The notes: generated by a model not told the origin, from the letters alone. A DNA stretch of 25,315 nt from Opitutia bacterium (GCA_050506795.1 JBJHCF010000059.1:1-25315), one strand, 5' to 3'; counted from the first letter of the stretch, positions 8,990 to 17,251 are shown. Numbers and translations are program-made.

Positions 8990-10516
8990 ATGACTGACTC
9001 CGGCGCAACCCCCAATTCGTCCAACGCCCGTCTTCCCGCGATGACGCGGCTTTCGTTTCGTGAGAAGGCCGGCTATGCGCTGGGCGATTCCGGGGCCAAC
9101 TTTGTCTTCCAGACGCTGATGGTTTTCCAGATGACCTTCTTCACGGAGGTTTTCGGAATTTCCGTTGTGGCCGCGAGCTGGTTGTTTTTATGTGGCCGCC
9201 TTCTCGATGCCGTGACCGATCCTCTCATGGGCATCGTGGCCGATCGCACCAAAACCCGCTGGGGGCGTTTCCGGCCCTGGCTGCTGTGGACGGCCCTGCC
9301 TTTTGCCGTGATTTTCTGGGCGGCGTTCACCACTCCGAATCTCGGCCCGCAGGGGTTGCTGCTCTACGCCTGGGTCGCCTACCTGGGCCTCATGACCATC
9401 TACACCATGAACAACGTGCCGTACTGCGCGTTGAACGGGGTTATGACCGGGGACGTGAACGAGCGGACCAGCCTCTCGACCTACCGCTTCATCGCGGTCA
9501 TGATAACCGGGTTTGTGGTTCAAAGTTTCACATGGCCCCTCGTGGAAAAATTCGGTGGGGGTGACGCGGCCCGAGGTTGGTCGATCACCATGGGGCTTTT
9601 CGCCTGTTTGAGCGTAATATTTTTTGTGGTCGCCTTCTTTTCCGCCAGGGAACGCGTCCTGCCCGACCCGGCGCAGAAGAGTTCTCCGAAGCAGGACATG
9701 ACCGATGTTTTCACCAATCGACCATGGTTGGTGTTGTTCCTCGCGACCCTGGCGATCTTCGTGGTGCTATCTATGCGCGGCGGCTCCCTGCCGCTGTTCA
9801 CGCAGTACGTCGTCGATCCCACCGCGCTCGCCGATTTCCTCCGCCGTTTGGGAATGGTGCAGGCGACCGAAGGAGGCCTCACTGGAATTCAGAGGTTGCT
9901 CGATATGGGAGGGTTTCTGGTGCGGGAGGACCTCTCCAACGTTCGAGCGGTCGGATTCGGGGTGATGAATATCGCGGGCAGCACGACCGTTTTGATCGGC
10001 GTACTTTTGTCCAAACCGCTTTCCGAGCGCTTTGGTAAACGGGGCGTGTTTGTCGTCTGCCTGATTATGACCACTCTTGCCACATTCTGGCTCTATTTCA
10101 TCCCGGGGGATGCTATCGGCTTGCAGTTGGCGCAGTCCATGGCCTGGTCCGCCGCGTACGGGCCGACCATTCCTTTGCTCTGGTCCATGATCGCCGACAC
10201 CGCCGATTTCGGGGAGTGGAAAAACGGGCGGCGAGCCACCGGGTTCGTCTTTGCCGGTGTGGTGTTCGCGCTCAAAGCGGGGCTGGGCATAGGCGGTTTT
10301 CTCGGCGGTCAAGCCCTCTCCCTTCACGGCTTCAATGGCGCCGCAAGTGAGAGCATGGAGGCGGCGGCGAACGCCATCCGCATGTCCGTGGCCGTTTACC
10401 CGTCCATCTTTTTCGCCCTCGCGGTGCTGGCCCTTATTTTCTATCCGATTAACAAGGAACTCAATCTGCGTATCGGCACGGAACTCGCCCAGCGTCGCGC
10501 CGAGCGTGAGAGCTAG
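8990..10516 (+). CDS. GPH-family (MFS_2) glycoside:cation symporter, likely for xylosides or xylo-oligosaccharides
   Basis: Motifs EKAGYALGD, DAVTDPLMGIVADRTKTRWGRFRPW and WSMIADTADFGEWKNGRRATG, with about 12 hydrophobic segments. Start set at ATG 8990, 14 nt after the GH52 stop. Confidence 0.93.
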   Translation: MTDSGATPNSSNARLPAMTRLSFREKAGYALGDSGANFVFQTLMVFQMTFFTEVFGISVVAASWLFLCGRLLDAVTDPLMGIVADRTKTRWGRFRPWLLWTALPFAVIFWAAFTTPNLGPQGLLLYAWVAYLGLMTIYTMNNVPYCALNGVMTGDVNERTSLSTYRFIAVMITGFVVQSFTWPLVEKFGGGDAARGWSITMGLFACLSVIFFVVAFFSARERVLPDPAQKSSPKQDMTDVFTNRPWLVLFLATLAIFVVLSMRGGSLPLFTQYVVDPTALADFLRRLGMVQATEGGLTGIQRLLDMGGFLVREDLSNVRAVGFGVMNIAGSTTVLIGVLLSKPLSERFGKRGVFVVCLIMTTLATFWLYFIPGDAIGLQLAQSMAWSAAYGPTIPLLWSMIADTADFGEWKNGRRATGFVFAGVVFALKAGLGIGGFLGGQALSLHGFNGAASESMEAAANAIRMSVAVYPSIFFALAVLALIFYPINKELNLRIGTELAQRRAERES

Positions 10517-11604
10517 CCGGCGCCACTTTCCCCCGCAAGCAATTCGTTAACCCAGCGGCGGTGGGGGCCGGAAAGGGTGATGCGGTTCAGGCGTTCCCTG
10601 GAGACCCATTCGAGGCCGTTCTTGTTTTCAGGGAGTTTCAGCCGTTTCACCGGATAGGCATAAATGGTTTCGCTGATACGAAAGCGGGTGATGTGCCGAA
10701 CCTTGTGCGCCAGAGGCCGCCCCAGGCCTTCGGAAACCGCATTCGGCAGACCGAGGTGAACGGGTTGGGGAAGTTCGTACAGTTCGGCCAGACGGCGGGA
10801 GTCGGCGGTTGATTTGTGCAGCAGAAGAGCATTGCCGTGGCGGCACCAGAGGCGGGTGACTTCCTGTTTTTCGATCTTTTTGGAGACAAATCGCGGGTAG
10901 GCCTCCGGGTTTCCGGCTTCGGCCGCCCGGCAAAACGTGACCACCGGGCAGGTGGCGCAGAGGGGACGCCGCCGCAAGCAAACGGTGGCGCCGAGTTCCA
11001 TCATGGCCTGGTTGTGATCGCCGGGGTTGTCGGGATCCAGAAGCTTTCCCGCCAAAGGCGCACAGGCGGACGCCGCGGAGGTGCTGTCGCGGTATTGCGT
11101 ATCATCCGCCTGGATGCGGATCAGAATGCGGACCACGTTGCCGTCGACACAGGCGGCGCGGACGCCGAAGGCGATACTGGTGATGGCGGCGGAAGTGTAG
11201 GGACCCACGCCGGGAAGGTTTTGCCAGGCGTCCGGAGTGCGGGGAATCGAATCCATGACAGCCACCGCTTTCGCCAGTCGGTGCAGGTTGCGCGCGCGAT
11301 TGTAATACCCCAGTCCTTCCCAGTGCTTGAGCACCTCCGCTTCCGGCGCCTCGGCCAACGCACGGAAATCGGGAAACCGCTCCAGCCACCGTTCGAAATG
11401 CCCCAGTGCGGTTTTTACCTGGGTTTGCTGGAGCATGAATTCGGAGACCACCGTCTTGTAAAGAGAGGGGTTTCCCCGCCAGGGGAGGGGACGCTGATGC
11501 TCGCGATACCAGGCCAGAAGGCGGCGCCGAAACTCTTCCGGCAGCGTCATCAGCGAATTTCGGGCAGTTTCGAATGACCGCCGATCCGTTTCATGCTTCT
11601 CCAT
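10513..11604 (-). CDS. mutY: A/G-specific adenine DNA glycosylase MutY
   Basis: RPLPWR, VSEFMLQQTQV, WEGLGYYNRARNL, HhH motif LPGVGPYT, VDGNVVR, NQAMMELGA and the 4Fe-4S motif C-x6-C-x2-C-x5-C. Alternative start at ATG 11550. Confidence 0.96.
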   Translation of the reverse strand: MEKHETDRRSFETARNSLMTLPEEFRRRLLAWYREHQRPLPWRGNPSLYKTVVSEFMLQQTQVKTALGHFERWLERFPDFRALAEAPEAEVLKHWEGLGYYNRARNLHRLAKAVAVMDSIPRTPDAWQNLPGVGPYTSAAITSIAFGVRAACVDGNVVRILIRIQADDTQYRDSTSAASACAPLAGKLLDPDNPGDHNQAMMELGATVCLRRRPLCATCPVVTFCRAAEAGNPEAYPRFVSKKIEKQEVTRLWCRHGNALLLHKSTADSRRLAELYELPQPVHLGLPNAVSEGLGRPLAHKVRHITRFRISETIYAYPVKRLKLPENKNGLEWVSRERLNRITLSGPHRRWVNELLAGESGAG

Positions 11605-11908
11605 CCTGGGCCACTTGTTCCAGCTCTTTCAGGTAACTGAAACTGTAGAGGCCGGTGCCGTGACCGTCGCTGAATTCGAAGCGAATGGCGTAGTTGCCGA
11701 CAAATTGCCAGCCGGTCACCGTCACGCCGTCGTAATCAGTCCGGTCGGTTCCTCCGTATTTCTGTCCGAAAATATCCGTTTCTCCACGGTTCTCGGCACT
11801 GGGCGAATGCTTCCGCAGAAAGGCCATGGGGAAATAGCTTTCCGTGCCGTCCGACCAGGCGATGGCGATCTCTTGACCAATGCTCTGCACGTTTTTCGGT
11901 TTCAGCAT
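11591..11908 (-). CDS. DUF971 / GBBH-like N-terminal domain protein
   Basis: Motifs WSDG, LRKHSPSAE and VGNYAIRFEFSDGHGTGLYSFSYL. Start set at ATG 11908. Confidence 0.9.
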   Translation of the reverse strand: MLKPKNVQSIGQEIAIAWSDGTESYFPMAFLRKHSPSAENRGETDIFGQKYGGTDRTDYDGVTVTGWQFVGNYAIRFEFSDGHGTGLYSFSYLKELEQVAQDGEA

Positions 11909-11915
11909 GACAACC

Positions 11916-11944
11916 ATCCTGTGTGGATGGATTTCGCGGCGCAA
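11916..11944 (-). promoter_or_regulatory. Candidate promoter for DUF971-mutY with leaderless geometry
   Basis: TTGCGC-N17-CAGGAT-N7-ATG on the minus strand. Confidence 0.35.
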
Positions 11945-11989
11945 TCGTTTTGACTCGTCTCCATCGGCTTAATCTCCCAGCGTATCACA

Positions 11990-12364
11990 GTGGAACGTCA
12001 GACCAGGCAGCGGCAGGCTATTCTCGACGTGTTGCGGAAGGAAAAACGTCCCCTGACGGCGGAGGAGATTCACCAGTTCGGCAAGGCCCTGGTGCCCCGG
12101 CTCGGGCTGACCACTGTGTATCGATCGATCAAGGACATGTTGGAGGATCGGGACCTGGTTCCCTTGCGCTATCCGGGCCAGCCCACTCGCTACGAAGTGC
12201 CCGCTCCGGAACACATTCATTTTATCTGCAATCGCTGCCGCAGGCTTCACGATTTACCGCTTCCACAGGCGGATGTGACGTTGCATCTTCCGGAAGGTTT
12301 TGTGGCCGAAGGGCAGGAACTGATTATTTTCGGCACCTGCGCCGAATGTTCGAAAGACCGCTAG
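11990..12364 (+). CDS. Fur-family transcriptional regulator
   Basis: TRQRQAIL, LTAEEI and the LGLTTVYR wHTH, followed by HFICNRC and GTCAEC (two CxxC motifs). Confidence 0.93.
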   Translation: MERQTRQRQAILDVLRKEKRPLTAEEIHQFGKALVPRLGLTTVYRSIKDMLEDRDLVPLRYPGQPTRYEVPAPEHIHFICNRCRRLHDLPLPQADVTLHLPEGFVAEGQELIIFGTCAECSKDR

Positions 12365-12365
12365 G

Positions 12366-14534
12366 TCACTCCCGTTCCTCCATCTGCTTGCGGAATGCTT
12401 CGGCCTGAGCGAGAAGGTGTTCCTGCGCGGAAAACGGTGAAGTGTCCTCGTTCGAATCAACCGGAATATAGGCGCCATTGGGTTGCAGAATGCGCGTATT
12501 GGCGGAGTCGCGGAGGTAGACCTGCAAGACCTCCTCGAACACCCGCCGGCGCAGTTCCGAATCCTCCAGGGGAAACAGGACCTCCACCCGGCGATGGAAA
12601 TTTCGCGGCATCCAGTCCGCGCTGCCCAGGTAAAAGATAGGGTCGGCGACGCCGTTCTCAAAGCGGAATATGCGGCTGTGTTCGAGAAAGCGCCCGACCA
12701 GACTGCGAACGGTGATGTTCTCGCTCAGGCCCTTTATCCCTGGGACCAGGCAGCAGTTGCCGCGCACGATCAGGTCGATCGGCACTCCGGCGCTGGAAGC
12801 TTCGTAGAGATTGGCGATGGTTACGGGATCAACCAGGTTGTTGATCTTGGCGATAATTCCCGACGGTTGTCCGGCGCGAGCGTTCTTCGCCTCGTTCAGG
12901 ATCAGATTCTGGATTCCGGCGTGCAGGTTGTACGGCGCGACCAACAGGTGCCGGAAGGCGGGCTTTCGTCCGTATCCGGTAAGTGAATTGAACAGGGCGG
13001 CCACCTCCTCGGTAATTTCCGCTCGAGCGGTGAAAAAACCGAGGTCGGTGTAGAGTTTCGCGGTCTGCGGATTGTAGTTGCCGGTCCCGAGGTGCACGTA
13101 ATTTCTCAGGGCTCCGCCTTCACGTCGGACCACCAGGCAGCACTTGCAGTGAATCTTGTGGCCGACCATTCCGTAAACCACATGAACGCCGGCTTCCTCG
13201 AGTTGTTTGGCCCATTGGATATTGTTGGCTTCGTCAAAACGGGCTTTTAATTCGACCAGGGCGGTCACCTGTTTGCCATTGCGGGAGGCTTCGATCAGGG
13301 CATCGATAATGGGAGAATCCCCGCTGGTGCGGTAAAGGGTCTGTTTGATGGCGAACACCTTGGGGTCGGTGGCCGCCAGACGGATGAACTCCAGGACCGA
13401 GGAAAAACAATCGAAGGGATGGTGCAGCAGAACGTCGTTACCGGCCAGGGCTTTGAACAGAGAGCGTTGCTGGCCGAAAGGAGGGCGGACCGCGGGCACG
13501 AAGGATTTGTATTTCAGGTCCGGGCGGTTGATCATCCCGTAAACGCTTATCAACCGCAGCAGATTGATCGGGCCGTCGATCCGGAAAATGTAGTCGCGCG
13601 GGAGGTTGAGGTGACGCAGCAGACTGTTGAGACTCTCCTCGTGCACGCCATCTTCGATCTCCAGGCGCACGGCGGCTCCCTTTTTGCGTTTGTGCAGTTC
13701 GCCTTCGATTCTCTCCAAAAGATTATCCGCCTCTTCTTCATCGATATAGAGGTCGCTGTTGCGGGTAATGCGGAAAGCGTGGGCGGAATGGATTTCGTAC
13801 CCGGGAAAAAGATCACCTGCTCCCAGTTTTACGACGTCGCTCAGGAAAACGTATCGCTGGACGCCGGCCTTTTCCGGATCGATCCAAACCACTCGCGGAA
13901 GTATGCGCGGAACCGGCAGAATGGCCATCAGCGCCTCGATTTCCGGCGTCTCGGGATTGTCCAGGGTTACCAGTATGTTCAGCGTTTTGTTGCCGATCTG
14001 CGGAAACGGATGCGCCGGATCGATGGCCAGCGGGGTGAGAACGGGGTAAACCTGTTCCTTGAAGTAGTGATTGACCCAGCGCCGTTCGCCGGCGGTGAGG
14101 TCGCCGGCGGAGATAAACTCGATCTCCTGCCCGCGCAATTGGGGGATGATTTCGTGACGCCAGCAGTGGTACTGGTCTTCCACCAGGGAGACCACCACAT
14201 CGTGAATACGACGGAGCTGTTCGCGCGGACCGATTCCGTCGATTCCCGGCGTTTCGTTCCCGGATTCCACCTGCTGGATCAGTCCGGCCACCCGGATTTC
14301 GAAAAACTCATCCAGGTTTGAGCTCACAATGGAGAGAAACTTGAGTCGTTCGAGCAACGGATTCTTGTCCGAAAAGGCCTGCTCCAGGACACGGCGGTTA
14401 AACGAAAGCCAACTGAGCTCCCGGTTGAAATAGGGGAGTTTGCCTTCGTTGTCCGCACCCGCGACGGAGGCCGCCGGAAGCAAAGATTCCGTAATGGAGG
14501 CAATCCTGGCGGCGCTCTCTTTAGGTGCAGGCAT
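12366..14534 (-). CDS. ppk1: Polyphosphate kinase 1
   Basis: [57 protein letters not shown] (phospho-His), [16 protein letters not shown] and SADWMPRN. Confidence 0.98.
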   Translation of the reverse strand: MPAPKESAARIASITESLLPAASVAGADNEGKLPYFNRELSWLSFNRRVLEQAFSDKNPLLERLKFLSIVSSNLDEFFEIRVAGLIQQVESGNETPGIDGIGPREQLRRIHDVVVSLVEDQYHCWRHEIIPQLRGQEIEFISAGDLTAGERRWVNHYFKEQVYPVLTPLAIDPAHPFPQIGNKTLNILVTLDNPETPEIEALMAILPVPRILPRVVWIDPEKAGVQRYVFLSDVVKLGAGDLFPGYEIHSAHAFRITRNSDLYIDEEEADNLLERIEGELHKRKKGAAVRLEIEDGVHEESLNSLLRHLNLPRDYIFRIDGPINLLRLISVYGMINRPDLKYKSFVPAVRPPFGQQRSLFKALAGNDVLLHHPFDCFSSVLEFIRLAATDPKVFAIKQTLYRTSGDSPIIDALIEASRNGKQVTALVELKARFDEANNIQWAKQLEEAGVHVVYGMVGHKIHCKCCLVVRREGGALRNYVHLGTGNYNPQTAKLYTDLGFFTARAEITEEVAALFNSLTGYGRKPAFRHLLVAPYNLHAGIQNLILNEAKNARAGQPSGIIAKINNLVDPVTIANLYEASSAGVPIDLIVRGNCCLVPGIKGLSENITVRSLVGRFLEHSRIFRFENGVADPIFYLGSADWMPRNFHRRVEVLFPLEDSELRRRVFEEVLQVYLRDSANTRILQPNGAYIPVDSNEDTSPFSAQEHLLAQAEAFRKQMEERE

Positions 14535-14540
14535 GAGTGA

Positions 14541-14569
14541 AGGTTAGATCCGGCGCCGCGGCCTCTCAA
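14541..14569 (-). promoter_or_regulatory. Candidate sigma70 promoter of ppk1 with leaderless geometry
   Basis: TTGAGA-N17-TAACCT-N6-ATG on the minus strand, with a T-tract just upstream of the -35. Confidence 0.55.
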
Positions 14570-14587
14570 TCGAAAAAAGAACAGCGC

Positions 14588-14669
14588 TTGATTAACAGAC
14601 GGGTTTTCCTTCAGATGGGTTCCCTGCCGTACCGCGATTTCCGCCCGTTGCGGAGTTGCGCGCGGCAGG
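14588..14669 (+). promoter_or_regulatory. Candidate proS promoter followed by a long 5'-UTR hairpin
   Basis: TTGATT-N17-TCAGAT (14588-14616), then a stem-loop at 14623-14669. Confidence 0.35.
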
Positions 14670-14691
14670 CCAAACACTTTTCTATCAGCAC

Positions 14692-16479
14692 ATGCAGCTT
14701 TGGTCAGAATCCTTCATCCCGACCCTCAAAGAAAGTCCGGCCGACGCGGAAATCGCTTCGCACCGGCTGTTGCTTCGGGCCGGCCTCATCCGCAAGGTGG
14801 GCGCCGGCATCTACGCGTGGTTGCCGGCAGGTTACCGGTCGCTGCGCAAGATCGAGGGCATCTGCCGTGAGGAGCTCAATCGGGCCGGGGCCATTGAAGT
14901 TCATCTGCCGGCCATCCATCCGGCGGAGCTTTGGATTAAGGGACCCCGGTGGGATGCCGCCCGGGAGGTCATGTTCCGCGCGGATGCCGCCTCGGCGGAA
15001 ACGCCGGAGGACGAGCGCAAGGGAGAGCCGTCGTACGTGCTGGGACCGACCCACGAGGAGGTGATCACTTCGATGATGGCCAACGAATTGACCAGCTACC
15101 GCGATCTGCCGAAGACCTTTTATCAGATACAGACCAAATTCAGGAACGAGATCCGGCCTCGCTTCGGGTTGATGAGGTCCCGCGAGTTTCTGATGAAGGA
15201 CGGTTACAGCTTCGACGCCACCGACGAGGGAGCTATCGAGACCTACCATAAGATGATGGCGGCCTACACAGCGTTCTTTCGGCGGTGCGGTTTGAACTTC
15301 GTTATGGTGGAGGCGGATTCCGGGGTAATGGGCGGCAGCTATTCCCACGAATTCATGGCGCCGGCGGAGGTCGGAGACGACGATATCTTTTTCTGCTCGC
15401 GGAGCGATTACGCCAGCAACCGGGAAAAGGCGTTCAGCGCCATTGTGCCGAAGGACTTTAGCGATCCCGAGGCCGAAGGGGAGCCGGAGGAGTTTCCCAC
15501 TCCGGGAGTCACCACCATTGCCGGCCTGGCGGAAGCGCCGTACGGACTCCCGGCCGAAAAACAGTTCAAGACCCTGATTTACATGGGGGACGGACGGCCG
15601 TTTGCCGTGGTCCTGCGCGGTCAGGACGAATTGGAGGAATCCAAACTTGGGGCGCTGGGTTTTCAACGGGTACGACCGGCGGAGGAATCCGAGGTGGTCG
15701 AAGTCATGGGCGCCCGCCCCGGGAGCCTGGGCGTGGTGCGCGGAACCATCGCTCATCCGGAAAAGTTGTCCGGCATCCATGCCGACCACGCCGTGCGTCT
15801 GATCGGCAACGGCGTGACCGGCGCCAATCGAGACGGATTTCATCTGCGCGACATCAATGTGAAGCGAGACCTCGCGATCGACGGATTCGGAGATTTTCGC
15901 CGGGTGCGCCCGGGCGAGCCTTGCCCCAAATCGGGCGCGCCTCTGGAGATGGCCCGGGCCATCGAGGTCGGACACATCTTCAAGCTGGGCACCAAGTACA
16001 GCGAGAATTTCGAGGCGTACTTCAGCGATGCCGAAGGCAAATCGCGCCCCCACGTCATGGGGTGTTACGGTATCGGCCTCAGCCGGACGCTGCAGGCGGC
16101 GATCGAACAATCCCATGACGATAAAGGGATCGCCTGGCCCTGGACCATCGCGCCCTACCAAGTGCTGCTGACCCTGCTCGATCCCGATCTGGAGGAGGCA
16201 CGCTCGCTCGCCTTTCGCCTGGCGGCGGCGGCGGAGTCCGCCGGGGCCGATGTCCTCGTCGACGACCGCAAGGAGCGTCCCGGGGTCAAATTCAACGATG
16301 CCGATTTGCTGGGCATTCCGTTGCGCATCGTAATCGGAGGCAGGGGTCTGAAGGAAGGGGTGATCGAGCTCAAGGACCGGAAGTCGGGAGAGGTCAGGAA
16401 AATCGGTCTCGCCGATGCCGAAACGGAACTTCGGGCCGCGATTGAGGAACGGAATCGCGCTGCCGAGGGTCGGACATGA
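14692..16479 (+). CDS. proS: Proline--tRNA ligase, bacterial type with INS editing domain
   Basis: SHRLLLRAG, LGPTHEE, motif 2 QTKFRNEIRPRFGLMRSREFLMKDGYSF, IEVGHIFKLGTKYS, motif 3 MGCYGIGLSR and the anticodon domain DDRKERPGVKF. Start set at ATG 14692. Confidence 0.98.
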   Translation: MQLWSESFIPTLKESPADAEIASHRLLLRAGLIRKVGAGIYAWLPAGYRSLRKIEGICREELNRAGAIEVHLPAIHPAELWIKGPRWDAAREVMFRADAASAETPEDERKGEPSYVLGPTHEEVITSMMANELTSYRDLPKTFYQIQTKFRNEIRPRFGLMRSREFLMKDGYSFDATDEGAIETYHKMMAAYTAFFRRCGLNFVMVEADSGVMGGSYSHEFMAPAEVGDDDIFFCSRSDYASNREKAFSAIVPKDFSDPEAEGEPEEFPTPGVTTIAGLAEAPYGLPAEKQFKTLIYMGDGRPFAVVLRGQDELEESKLGALGFQRVRPAEESEVVEVMGARPGSLGVVRGTIAHPEKLSGIHADHAVRLIGNGVTGANRDGFHLRDINVKRDLAIDGFGDFRRVRPGEPCPKSGAPLEMARAIEVGHIFKLGTKYSENFEAYFSDAEGKSRPHVMGCYGIGLSRTLQAAIEQSHDDKGIAWPWTIAPYQVLLTLLDPDLEEARSLAFRLAAAAESAGADVLVDDRKERPGVKFNDADLLGIPLRIVIGGRGLKEGVIELKDRKSGEVRKIGLADAETELRAAIEERNRAAEGRT

Positions 16480-16775
16480 CTATGGAGCAAACGCGAACCT
16501 CAATCGAGGAAGAGACCGATACCCGGGTTCGCCCGGAAGGCGGGTGGAAGGTCGTGGTGCACAATGATCCGGTCAATTTGATGTCGTACGTGGAGATGGT
16601 TTTTCGGCGCGTGTTCGGTTACAGCCTGGAAAAATCGCGGCGTCACATGCTGGAGGTGCATGAGAAGGGACGTTCGATTCTCTGGATGGGCGAGCGCGAA
16701 GTGGCCGAAGGTTACGCCCACGCGTTGCAGCGATGGCAGTTAACCACGACGCTGGAAAAGGATGAAAAAGGTTGA
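16476..16775 (+). CDS. clpS: ATP-dependent Clp protease adaptor ClpS
   Basis: WKVVVHNDPVNLMSYV...MLEVHEKGRS. The ATG overlaps the proS stop (ATGA); alternative ATG at 16482. Confidence 0.93.
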   Translation: MTMEQTRTSIEEETDTRVRPEGGWKVVVHNDPVNLMSYVEMVFRRVFGYSLEKSRRHMLEVHEKGRSILWMGEREVAEGYAHALQRWQLTTTLEKDEKG

Positions 16776-17229
16776 AATCAAACTGAAACGCTCCGCCATA
16801 GCGCCGCTCCTGGATTTCATCAAACCATTGGCGAACGATCTCAAAGCGGGACGCGGGATTGATCCGGTTCTTCCCGACGACCTGGATTCCGAACTGAGGG
16901 CTTCGTGGCAGCGCGATCTGGTGGAGTCCTCAGGCAGGGATGCCGATACCTTGATGGGACTGTTCAACAGCCGCTTTTTTGAAGACGGAGCGATTGAAAT
17001 CGACGCCGGAAACGCCGAGTCGGTGCTCCGGGCCTCCGCGGCCATTCGCTTGCGGTTGCGGTCGGCTTTTCTGACAAAATTCTCCGATGCGGATCTGGAA
17101 TCGGGAAGGTTGGATCACGGGCGCATGACTCGCGAGGAACAGCGCGCCTACGGCTGTTTCCTTTTCCTGGCGACCATTCAGGAGGTCGTGGTGGAGCACC
17201 TGGATTCCATCGAAGGCCGCGATTCCTGA
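16762..17229 (+). CDS. DUF2017-like helical protein downstream of clpS
   Basis: Overlaps clpS by 14 nt. The pattern AESVLRASAAIRLRL...FLATIQEVVV and the position after clpS resemble DUF2017 proteins. Confidence 0.65.
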   Translation: MKKVEIKLKRSAIAPLLDFIKPLANDLKAGRGIDPVLPDDLDSELRASWQRDLVESSGRDADTLMGLFNSRFFEDGAIEIDAGNAESVLRASAAIRLRLRSAFLTKFSDADLESGRLDHGRMTREEQRAYGCFLFLATIQEVVVEHLDSIEGRDS

Positions 17230-17251
17230 GGGAAGCCTCAAGTCATTGAGA

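Noticed and set aside
14626..14636. GCCGTACCGCG resembling a T-box upstream of proS
   Set aside because: It lacks the essential TGG of TGGNACC, stem I motifs and a terminator.
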